A program made the position numbers and the translations under genes. A DNA stretch of 64,000 bases, from contig CAMYIX010000043.1 of NCBI GenBank assembly GCA_947258615.1, positions 1,825 through 65,824 of the forward strand. The letters run 5' to 3'. Positions 56,323 to 64,000 of this stretch are shown piece after piece (positions within the stretch are counted from its first letter, which is position 1; each line of letters starts with the position of its first letter). This DNA comes from an uncultured Ectothiorhodospiraceae bacterium (GTDB lineage: Bacteria; Pseudomonadota; Gammaproteobacteria; UBA9214). Below the pieces are notes generated by a model. That model was not told the origin of the DNA. It was given only the letters and a program-made list of their open reading frames with translations, and made no database searches.

Positions 56323-56435
56323 TTTATAGAGGCTTGGGTTTTTTAAAATAATTTATTTTTGATTTGTTTTCTCTGCGCACTCTGCGTCTCTGCGGTGAGG
56401 AAATTTGTTTGTGTTCTTTGCGCCTTTGCGGTTAG
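56210..56435. repeat. GCAGAG-type inverted-repeat element, copy F (compound form)
   Basis: Outer arms ttcaccgcaaaggcgcaaaggacgcaaagaa and ttctttgcgcctttgcggttag. Inner arms ttaccgcagagacgcagagaacgcggag and ctctgcgcactctgcgtctctgcggtgag. Confidence 0.85.
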
Positions 56436-56475
56436 GACGGTATTACCGGTAGATCGCATCCCGCTTATGTACGGT

Positions 56476-57225
56476 TTACTGTTTCACCCGCAGTGATTCG
56501 CTGAAGCTTTCCAGGTCGCTCTGGTATTCATCGTCGTCCTTCTCGCGCTGCCAGATCCGCACTGGCAAATAGCCGAGCTCGGGGGCGCACCAGATGTAGG
56601 TCTCGCGCTTGGTGTGGCGACGCACCTTGACCAACTTGACGGTTTCGAAGGTACCTGCGGGCAATTCCAGCGTTTCCCTGGCCACCACCCTGAAGTTGTA
56701 TTCCCGGAGTTTGCCGCCATCGGCGATGTTGAAGGCCATTTCCGTTTTGTTGTCCTGCAGCGCCAGCATCACCCCGAGTTGCGAGGCCAGCCGGTCCAGG
56801 GTGCCGTCGGGGATGTCCATCTTCCAGACGCTGTCATCGACATGGTTCTCGACACTGTGCTGGTCCCAGTCGAAGTGCAACTCGGCCTCACGCTCGCGGA
56901 CGCCTCCGGAGCGCTTGTAGTGGTAGTAGACCGGGCGTAGCCCGGTGGCGTCGAGGTATCCGCGGCTGAGTTCGTGCAGCTTGTCTTTCAGCAGCCAGGA
57001 TATCCAGCGGCTGGGTGTGCTGCGGGTCTCGTAGCGGTAGTGGCCGTCCTTGTCCAGGCTCAGTGTGACCGTCGAGGTGCCGATGCGCAGGCTGCCGCGT
57101 GACAGCTTGAAGCTGGCATCGAACTCCGGCAAAGGTGCCGCCCGGGGCGCCGACACGAAGACCGTGCAGGCCAGCAGCAGGCCGACAATGGCAAGGTTGT
57201 GTGTCCGGTACCTGTTTTTCAGCAT
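56476..57225 (-). CDS. DUF3108 domain protein (secreted/outer-membrane-associated)
   Basis: 249 aa with a signal peptide. Its position immediately downstream of purN is typical of this family, and it overlaps the purN stop by 7 nt. Confidence 0.75.
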   Translation of the reverse strand: MLKNRYRTHNLAIVGLLLACTVFVSAPRAAPLPEFDASFKLSRGSLRIGTSTVTLSLDKDGHYRYETRSTPSRWISWLLKDKLHELSRGYLDATGLRPVYYHYKRSGGVREREAELHFDWDQHSVENHVDDSVWKMDIPDGTLDRLASQLGVMLALQDNKTEMAFNIADGGKLREYNFRVVARETLELPAGTFETVKLVKVRRHTKRETYIWCAPELGYLPVRIWQREKDDDEYQSDLESFSESLRVKQ

Positions 57226-57899
57226 GGCGCACCCGATTCGGAAGACAGCCGCAGGGGGCGTTCCAGTACATCATGGTCGAACCGGACCTGTCCTTGCGGG
57301 TCCAGCTGCACGCGGCCCTCGGCGTACCAGCGTATGACAACAGGATACACCCGGTGTTCCTGCTCCAGCACTCGTGCCGCCAGGCTGTCGGCATCGTCGC
57401 CGGTCAGCACCGCCACGCGCGCCTGAAGAATGGCCGGCCCGCCGTCCGTCTCCTCGGTGACGAAGTGGATGGTAGCGCCGGTCTCCTTCCTGCCCGCATC
57501 GAGTACCCGCTGGTGGGTGTTCAGCCCGGGAAACTCGGGTAGTAGTGAAGGATGGATATTGATCATCCGTCCCCGGTAATGCTGTACCAATGCCGGTGTC
57601 AGGATGCGCATGAAGCCGGCCAGTACCACCAGCTGCGGCCGGTAGTCGTCGATGGCGGCCTGCAGCGCCGCATCGAAGGCCATGCGTTCCGGGTACTGGC
57701 GGTGGTCGACCACCCGGGTGGCGATACTGGCACGCGCGGCACGCTGCAGCCCCTGGGCATCCGGCCTGTTGCTGATTACCGCACGTATCTCGACCGGCAG
57801 TTCGCCTGCGGCAATGGCGTCGATGATCGACTGGAGATTGCTGCCCCGGCCCGATATCAGGACCACGATGGGCAAGGGAGTGTTTACGGCAGCTGCCAT
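57219..57899 (-). CDS. purN: Phosphoribosylglycinamide formyltransferase
   Basis: IVVLISGRGSNLQSII...LVVLAGFMRIL...INIHPSLLP...TGATIHFVTEETDGGP. Confidence 0.9.
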   Translation of the reverse strand: MAAAVNTPLPIVVLISGRGSNLQSIIDAIAAGELPVEIRAVISNRPDAQGLQRAARASIATRVVDHRQYPERMAFDAALQAAIDDYRPQLVVLAGFMRILTPALVQHYRGRMINIHPSLLPEFPGLNTHQRVLDAGRKETGATIHFVTEETDGGPAILQARVAVLTGDDADSLAARVLEQEHRVYPVVIRWYAEGRVQLDPQGQVRFDHDVLERPLRLSSESGAPC

Positions 57900-57930
57900 A
57901 GCCAGGTCAGGAGGGCCGGGGAGGGTGGGG

Positions 57931-59001
57931 TTATTTTTCCAGGGTGACGCCGGGTGCGCCTTTCCCGGGGGTCACATGGCCAATGATCCAGGCCTGCTCT
58001 CCCTGTGAGCGCAGGTGCTCGAGGGCCAGGTGTGCATCGGCCTGGTCGATACACACCACCATGCCGATGCCGCAGTTGAAGGTGCGGTACATCTCTTCGC
58101 TGCTGACCTTGCCCTTGTCCTGCAGCCAGTCGAATATGGCCGGGCGTTCCCAGCTGCGGGTGTCGATCTGTGCCCGGGTACCCTCCGGCATGACCCGGGG
58201 CAGGTTCTCGGTCAGGCCGCCGCCGGTAATGTGGGCCAGGGCATGGACGTCGACCGTATCGAACAGGGACAGCAGCGGCTTGACGTAGATGCGTGTCGGT
58301 GCGAGCAGCCAGTGGGCCAGTGACTGGCCGTCGAGTTCGTCGTCCAGCTTGCTGTGACTGACCTCGATGATCTTGCGGATCAGCGAGTAACCATTGGAAT
58401 GGGGGCCGGAAGAGGCCAATCCGATCAGGCTGTCGCCGGTCCGGACGTCGCTGCCGTCGATAATCGCGTCCTTCTCGACCACGCCGACACCGAACCCGGC
58501 AAGGTCATAATCATTCGCAGCGTACATGCCGGGCATCTCCGCGGTCTCGCCGCCGACCAGTGCGGCACCGGCCAGCTCGCAACCGCGCGCGATGCCGCTG
58601 ATGACGCTGGTCGCGACCTCGATATCCAGCTTTCCGGTAGCGTAATAATCGAGGAAGAACAGGGGTTCGGCGCCCTGCACGATAATGTCGTTCACGCACA
58701 TGCCCACCAGGTCGATGCCGATGGTGTCGTGCAGGCCGGTATCGATCGCCAGTTTGAGCTTGGTGCCGACACCGTCGGTGCCGGAGACCAGTACCGGCTT
58801 GCGGTAGCGGTCCAGCGGCAACTCGAACAGCGCGCCGAAGCCGCCCAGTCCGGCCAGGACACCGGGCCGCGTGGTGCGTGCCACGGCGGGCTTGATGCGG
58901 TCGATAAGCCGGTTGCCCGCGTCGATATCGACGCCGGCATCACGATAACTCAGTGAACCGGATGGTTGTTCTGCGGCCGTGCTGTTGTCCTGCGAACTCA
59001 C
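57931..59001 (-). CDS. purM: Phosphoribosylformylglycinamidine cyclo-ligase
   Basis: GTG at 59001 is preceded by GGGAG. The protein reads [15 protein letters not shown]...[11 protein letters not shown]...[10 protein letters not shown]...[11 protein letters not shown], 356 aa. The tracked 734-aa ORF is an upstream read-through. Confidence 0.9.
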   Translation of the reverse strand: MSSQDNSTAAEQPSGSLSYRDAGVDIDAGNRLIDRIKPAVARTTRPGVLAGLGGFGALFELPLDRYRKPVLVSGTDGVGTKLKLAIDTGLHDTIGIDLVGMCVNDIIVQGAEPLFFLDYYATGKLDIEVATSVISGIARGCELAGAALVGGETAEMPGMYAANDYDLAGFGVGVVEKDAIIDGSDVRTGDSLIGLASSGPHSNGYSLIRKIIEVSHSKLDDELDGQSLAHWLLAPTRIYVKPLLSLFDTVDVHALAHITGGGLTENLPRVMPEGTRAQIDTRSWERPAIFDWLQDKGKVSSEEMYRTFNCGIGMVVCIDQADAHLALEHLRSQGEQAWIIGHVTPGKGAPGVTLEK

Positions 59002-59178
59002 GTTGGGGCTCCCGTTGCTAGCAGCGCCAATGGTAGCGGTCGGCCGCGAGTGGTGTAAACCCGACCGGGCAGGGTATCCGCTGCACCGGCCCCGTCGGCT
59101 ACGTTCCATTATGGCCAAAATCCGTTGATACCCGTATGCTTGGGCTTCCTTTTTCTGGTGTTTACTTGGGTACGGTGT

Positions 59179-60237
59179 ATGGATAAAACGCGTCGATGGA
59201 AGCGGCTCCTGGTCATCATCGCCTGCATTCCGGGTCTGCTGCCGGCGTTTGCCGGCGCCGTTACCGGGCAGGACCTGTTCGAGTCCGAGGTCACTGTCAC
59301 CAGCCAGCAGCCGGATGAACGCAAGGCGGCAATGAAACAGGCCCTGGCCGAGGTACTGGTCAGGGTGTCCGGGCAGCGTGAACTGCTGGGGAAGGAACCG
59401 GCGAAGTCGATGCTGGACGATCCTGCCCGCTACGTACAGCAATACCGTTACTACACGGTACCCGACTCCCGGCCGGCGGAACTGAAGCTGCGGGTGCGCT
59501 TTGATGGCAATGCAGTGCGCACGGCATTGCGCCAGCAGGGCGTGTCCTACTGGGGCGGTTCGGAACGGCCGGATACACTGGTGTGGCTGGCCGTCGAGGA
59601 CCGGGGCGAGCGCTACATCGTCCCGGCGCAGGACAGTCGCGCGGTTTACCGGAAGATCCAGGCCGCCGCGCAGCAGCGCGGCGTGCCCCTGATATTTCCC
59701 CTGATGGACCTCGAGGACCAGTCGAGCGCGCGGTTCAGCGATCTCTGGGGCGGGTTCTTCGAGCGCGTCCTGGCGGCCTCCGAGCGCTATAATCCCAGCG
59801 CCATCCTGATCGGCCGCCTGAACCGGGCACCCTCCGGCGGCTGGGTCGCACGCTGGGATATGCAGGTCGCCGGCGCGTCCTCGTCCTGGTCGGACAACAA
59901 TCAGCAGCTGGACAGTCTCCTCCAGGCGGGCCTCGACAGTGCCGCCGATCGGCAGGCATCGCGCCTTGCGGTCAGCGGTCCCGGTGTCAGTACCGGAGCG
60001 ATTACCATTACGGTGGATGACATCAGCACACTTGCCGCCTATGCTCGCGTCACTGACTACCTGTCCTCGCTGACTGCCATCAGGCAGTTCCAGGTCGAAC
60101 AGGTTGCCGGATCCAGGGTGAACTATGCCGTGCAACTCAACGGTACTCTCCAGGGCCTGGCGCAGACCATCATCATCGGCACGGTGCTGGAACCGTCGCC
60201 CGGGGGAGCGCCGGGCAGTTACCGGTTACGCCAGTGA
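59179..60237 (+). CDS. DUF2066 domain protein (secreted)
   Basis: From ATG at 59179 the protein reads [27 protein letters not shown] (signal). The position between purM and hda is typical of this family. Confidence 0.7.
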   Translation: MDKTRRWKRLLVIIACIPGLLPAFAGAVTGQDLFESEVTVTSQQPDERKAAMKQALAEVLVRVSGQRELLGKEPAKSMLDDPARYVQQYRYYTVPDSRPAELKLRVRFDGNAVRTALRQQGVSYWGGSERPDTLVWLAVEDRGERYIVPAQDSRAVYRKIQAAAQQRGVPLIFPLMDLEDQSSARFSDLWGGFFERVLAASERYNPSAILIGRLNRAPSGGWVARWDMQVAGASSSWSDNNQQLDSLLQAGLDSAADRQASRLAVSGPGVSTGAITITVDDISTLAAYARVTDYLSSLTAIRQFQVEQVAGSRVNYAVQLNGTLQGLAQTIIIGTVLEPSPGGAPGSYRLRQ

Positions 60238-60785
60238 AATCCAGTGACCTGCCCAACCTGATAACGGTTTTCCGTTTTCTGCTGGTGCCGCCGGTCGTCA
60301 TGCTGCTGTTGAAAGGCCGCTTCGAAAGTGCCTTGCTGATCTTCGCCGTGGCCGGTTTTTCCGATGCCCTCGACGGCTATCTCGCCAAGCACTACCACTG
60401 GACCAGCCGCCTGGGTGCCCTGATGGACCCGCTGGCGGACAAGCTCCTGCTGGTGTCCACTTTTGTGACCCTGGGCTGGCTCGGACTGATTCCGCTGTGG
60501 CTGGTAGGGCTGGTGATCCTGCGCGACCTGGTCATCGTGACGGGCGCGGTGGTGTATCACATGCGCATTGAGCAGCTGGATGCGGAACCGAGTCTGATCA
60601 GCAAGCTGAATACCTTTACCCAGATTGTGCTGGTACTGGCCGTCATGTTCACCCAGGTGTTCGGGGAGTTGCCGGAACTTTGGCTGGAGGCGTTGTTGTA
60701 CAGTGTTCTGGTCACCACCGTATGGAGTGGCTTCGACTATGTCTGGATCTGGAGCCGCAAGGCCTGGTCCAGGCGCGGCCACTAG
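60234..60785 (+). CDS. CDP-alcohol phosphatidyltransferase family protein (PgsA-like)
   Basis: DALDGYLAKHYHWTSRLGALMDPLADK matches D-x2-DG-x2-AR...G-x3-D-x3-D. 183 aa. There is a 4-nt overlap with the upstream gene. Confidence 0.8.
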   Translation: MKSSDLPNLITVFRFLLVPPVVMLLLKGRFESALLIFAVAGFSDALDGYLAKHYHWTSRLGALMDPLADKLLLVSTFVTLGWLGLIPLWLVGLVILRDLVIVTGAVVYHMRIEQLDAEPSLISKLNTFTQIVLVLAVMFTQVFGELPELWLEALLYSVLVTTVWSGFDYVWIWSRKAWSRRGH

Positions 60786-60798
60786 CCAGGGCATTACG

Positions 60799-61500
60799 GT
60801 GAAGCACCCCCAATTGCCGCTGGGCCTGGCGCTGAAAGAGAGTGCCCGTTTCGAGAGTTTCTTCCCCGGACAGAACCAGGAGGCCGTGCAGACGTTGCTG
60901 TCGGCCGCGACAGGGCGGGGTGAATCGCTGGTTTACCTTGCCGGTCCCGCCGGTATGGGCAAGACACACCTGCTGCAGGCCGCCTGTCACCTGGCGGCGG
61001 AACACGGGCGCAGCACTGCCTACCTGCCCATGCAGGAATTGCGGAATCTTTCAGCAGAGATATTCCAGGGCCTGGAACAGCTGGACCTGGTCTGCCTGGA
61101 TGATGCGCAGGCCCTGGCCTGCCTGGGTGAGTGGGAGCAGGGCCTGTTCGACCTGTTCAACCGTTTGCGGGACACGGGCAGCGCGCTGTTGGTTGCCGCT
61201 GAACGGCTACCGGGCCGGGCCGGATTTGAACTGCCGGACCTGGTCTCCAGGCTGGGTTGGGGCGTGACCTATACCCTGAAGCCGCTGGCTGATGACGAGG
61301 TGCTCGCTGCCCTGGCGTATCGCGCCCGGGGTCGCGGGCTGGAACTGCCGGAGGAGACCGCGGGTTTTCTCCTGAAACGCATCCCGCGTGATCTGCCGTC
61401 GGTCTTCAATCTGCTCGATCGCCTCGACGAGGCTTCCATGATCGAGCAGCGCCGCCTCACCATCCCCTTCGTGAAGTCCGTGCTCGATCAGGTGCAGTGA
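60799..61500 (+). CDS. hda: DnaA regulatory inactivator Hda
   Basis: GTG at 60799 gives VKHPQLPLGLALKESARFESFFPGQN...LAGPAGMGKTHLLQAAC...LVCLDD. At 233 aa this is the typical Hda length. Confidence 0.8.
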   Translation: MKHPQLPLGLALKESARFESFFPGQNQEAVQTLLSAATGRGESLVYLAGPAGMGKTHLLQAACHLAAEHGRSTAYLPMQELRNLSAEIFQGLEQLDLVCLDDAQALACLGEWEQGLFDLFNRLRDTGSALLVAAERLPGRAGFELPDLVSRLGWGVTYTLKPLADDEVLAALAYRARGRGLELPEETAGFLLKRIPRDLPSVFNLLDRLDEASMIEQRRLTIPFVKSVLDQVQ

Positions 61501-61591
61501 GCAGGACAAGGCTGTGTGATCCGAAAGATATAAGAAAGATCTACCGCAGAGACGCAAAGGGCGCAGAGAAAACAATAAATATTAGGGTGCT

Positions 61592-62098
61592 CTTCCCCAA
61601 ATCGAGTGGGTAGATTACCGCTGTAGGGCCGAATTCATTCGGCCAACAGCTATCCTTACCATTGGAGACAAGGAGGTCACCCTATCCTGCGACGCATTGC
61701 GCAGGGGGCATCATTCTGCAGCATCAGGTCTGTTGCATCACCACGGTTACCCGTAATCGCCATCCCTTGTTCACGGATATCACCACAGCACGCCTGCTGG
61801 TTCGTGAACTCCGACACCTGCATGAACACGGGAGTCTGAAGGATGAGGATGTTCGCCAGATTGCCCGATATAGCGTTGCCAACCCGTTGCGAGCGGGTCT
61901 GGTCCGGGATATTGGAGATTAACTCCATTGGGATTGCATCTGGATAACAGATGACGATGAAACACCGTTGGTCGAAAACACCGTTGGTCGAATGAATTCG
62001 ACCCTACAGCAGGAACGAATTCATTCGACCAACAACCTCGCCATCAGAAGAAATGCGTCTCGTCTGAATTGATGTGTTACCCACTCAATCAGGGGAAG
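61592..62098 (+). mobile_element. Decayed REP-associated tyrosine transposase (RAYT) unit bounded by imperfect terminal inverted repeats and REP hairpins
   Basis: The terminal repeat cttccccaaatcgagtgggta (61592-61612) matches the reverse complement of gttacccactcaatcaggggaag (62076-62098). The REP ctgtagggccgaattcattcggccaac (61621-) matches its inverted copy gttggtcgaatgaattcgaccctacag (61983-62009). A further inverted partner cgaattcattcgaccaac lies at 62016-62033. Confidence 0.7.
61662..61948 (+). pseudogene. RAYT (IS200/Y1-like, COG1943-type) pseudogene: internal deletion of the catalytic core plus premature stop
   Basis: The translation ...CCITTVTRNRHPLFTDITTARLLVRELRHLHEHG joins directly to KDEDVRQIARYSVANPLRAGLVRDIGD-stop-LHWDCIW. 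As I recall full-length family members, about 70-80 aa (HxH motif and catalytic Tyr) lie between these segments, and ...GDYPLWDA.WL follows. Confidence 0.65.
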
Positions 62099-62282
62099 AC
62101 GCCATTAGGGAAGGCCGGAATCCAGTAACTGCCTGATTCCCAATTTTTGGACTCCGGGTCTCCGCCACGCTACGCCCGTAATAAACATCTCAATGAAGTA
62201 GCTATGGATTGCCGGTTCAGGTTTTTCACAGATGTAATCCTTACTCTGCGATCTCGGCGTCTCAGCGGTGATTCTTTGCTGT

Positions 62283-62492
62283 TTATTCTGCCTCCGGCTG
62301 GCCAAAACTTGCGCTTTTCGTCTCCTCCAGCCTGAGTCGGAGGGTGGAATTTTCATCGGAGAGGTCGGTGATGCGTTGCTGCAGCAGGGCGATATCCTGG
62401 CGCTCGAACAGCATCAGCGCGACCGAGGCAATGACGGCGCCCGTGAGCATAAAAACGGTGATGCAGAGTCCGAATACAAGCTTGTGTTTCAT
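62283..62492 (-). CDS. Possible small membrane-anchored coiled-coil protein
   Basis: 69 aa: MKHKLVFGLCITVFMLTGAVIASVALMLF, then a heptad-like segment. It lies last in the wrbA-DUF2069 gene string. There is no clear RBS. Confidence 0.3.
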   Translation of the reverse strand: MKHKLVFGLCITVFMLTGAVIASVALMLFERQDIALLQQRITDLSDENSTLRLRLEETKSASFGQPEAE

Positions 62493-62544
62493 GGTCAGGA
62501 AAGCGGACTGTTATTGATCTATGTCAACCGGAGTCTACGCCATG

Positions 62545-62934
62545 TCATCCGCTGTGTGAATCCAGCGCATCTCCGGACTTACCGGCTGTCACGCGCACAT
62601 AGGTCATGCCCGCCAGGAACCAGAGCGAGGAAAACAGCACCTCGAGCAGGCCCAGGTGGCGCGCGGTTTCCGAGACATAGGCCTCGACCACACCATGGGC
62701 GAAGTAGAACGCGGCAAGAAAGCAGCTCCACGCGATGGTGTAGCGACGTCTGTGAAGCAGACCGCGCAGCGGGGCGAACAAGGGCAGCACCAGCACCAGC
62801 AGTACCAGCGAGACGGGGAAGTGTTCGGAAGGCGCCAGCCAGGTGTACCAGGCGACCAGCAGCGTCAGGGTGCCGAGGTGTCCGGCCAGTGTCAGGGCAT
62901 AAAGAAAACGGTGGCCGGGCTGGGTCATGGTCAT
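62545..62934 (-). CDS. DUF2069 domain membrane protein
   Basis: 129 aa with 4 TM helices. It follows wrbA, which I recall as the typical pairing. Confidence 0.7.
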   Translation of the reverse strand: MTMTQPGHRFLYALTLAGHLGTLTLLVAWYTWLAPSEHFPVSLVLLVLVLPLFAPLRGLLHRRRYTIAWSCFLAAFYFAHGVVEAYVSETARHLGLLEVLFSSLWFLAGMTYVRVTAGKSGDALDSHSG

Positions 62935-63007
62935 GTCGATCGGTTTGGCAGTCCGGCGGCGGCAAGCGGAAATCGGCTCAACCGGCCCATCGTCCTTGCG
63001 CTACGGG

Positions 63008-63613
<606 letters not shown>

Positions 63614-63636
63614 TCATCTTTATCGAAGGAAATAAT

Positions 63637-63792
63637 TTCACCGCAGAGACGCAGAGTCCCCTGGGAAAATATAATATCTGATTCAAAGAATGCACTTTCC
63701 TGACAGGCAAGGTGAACCTGTATGGTTTGGCATATTTGTATTGATAATGAGAATTATTGCTCTACTCGGCGTTCTCGGCGTCTCTGCGGTAA
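63637..63792. repeat. GCAGAG-type inverted-repeat element, copy H (simple, more diverged)
   Basis: Left arm ttcaccgcagagacgcagag (63637-63656). Right arm ctctactcggcgttctcggcgtctctgcggtaa (63760-63792). Confidence 0.75.
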
Positions 63793-63801
63793 ATATACTG
63801 T

Positions 63802-64000
63802 TCAAAGGATCTTCAGCACGGCTTCCGGGGGGCGGCCCAGGGCAGCCTTGCCATTGGCCAGTACGATGGGGCGCTCAATCAGGCGCGGGTGCCGGTGCAT
63901 GGCCCTGATCAGGTCCCTGTCTTTCAGCCCAGGATTATCCAGGTCTTCCTGCCGGTACTCGGTCTCTTTTCGGCGCATCAGTTCGCGCGGCTGCAGCCCG
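63802..64000 (-). CDS. arsC: ArsC-family (glutaredoxin-type arsenate reductase-like) protein, C-terminal part; gene runs off the right edge
   Basis: My minus-strand translation reads ...GLQPRELMRRKETEYRQEDLDNPGLKDRDLIRAMHRHPRLIERPIVLANGKAALGRPPEAVLKIL-stop (stop at 63802-63804). Confidence 0.7.
   Translation of the reverse strand, partial: GLQPRELMRRKETEYRQEDLDNPGLKDRDLIRAMHRHPRLIERPIVLANGKAALGRPPEAVLKIL

Larger units (their letters stand above)
61541..62271. repeat. GCAGAG-type element, copy G: arms separated by 675 bp that contain the RAYT unit
   Basis: Left arm ctaccgcagagacgcaaagggcgcagag (61541-61568). Right arm ctctgcgatctcggcgtctcagcggtga (62244-62271). Confidence 0.7.

Noticed and set aside
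57931-60135. 734-aa ORF extending purM upstream by 1.1 kb
   Set aside because: Only the 3' 1,071 nt match PurM (GTG at 59001 with a GGGAG RBS). The extension is antisense to the DUF2066 gene and has no family resemblance.

Overview
High-GC chromosomal segment with gammaproteobacterial core synteny: rnfABCDGE-nth, divergent metG/apbC, dcd, purN-purM, a DUF2066 gene, a pgsA-like gene and hda. Other housekeeping genes are argD (partial), grxD, rnt, pyrC, an M17 aminopeptidase, argG, gloA, purT, wrbA and arsC (partial). Two secreted Gly/Tyr-rich repeat proteins resemble sulfur-globule envelope proteins, which suggests a sulfur-storing lineage; this is inference only. I found no rRNA, tRNA or CRISPR array.

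Five things stand out:
1. A four-gene cluster (42.6-45.5 kb) encodes a DUF692 multinuclear non-heme iron oxidase (MNIO), a DUF2063 partner, a DoxX protein and a secreted substrate. The substrate carries 11 (E)GKCG motifs interrupted by a canonical EF-hand pair.
2. A c-di-GMP block (27.9-39.5 kb) is dominated by a 1,941-aa membrane-anchored coiled-coil protein. It ends in degenerate GGDEF and EAL domains and contains two arrays of near-identical 93-bp in-frame repeats.
3. The pyruvate-dehydrogenase-type operon has its E2 acyltransferase and E3 dihydrolipoyl dehydrogenase fused into one ORF.
4. A family of intergenic inverted-repeat elements with (CGCAGAG)x3 arms occurs 9 times between 14 and 64 kb. 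Copies sit inside operons and supply the C-termini or stops of rnfG and a frameshifted dcd. One copy encloses a decayed REP-associated tyrosine transposase (RAYT) gene.
5. A roughly 510-bp foldback element and a second small repeat family are also present.

All functional calls come from reading the supplied translations and recalling family motifs. No database search was run.
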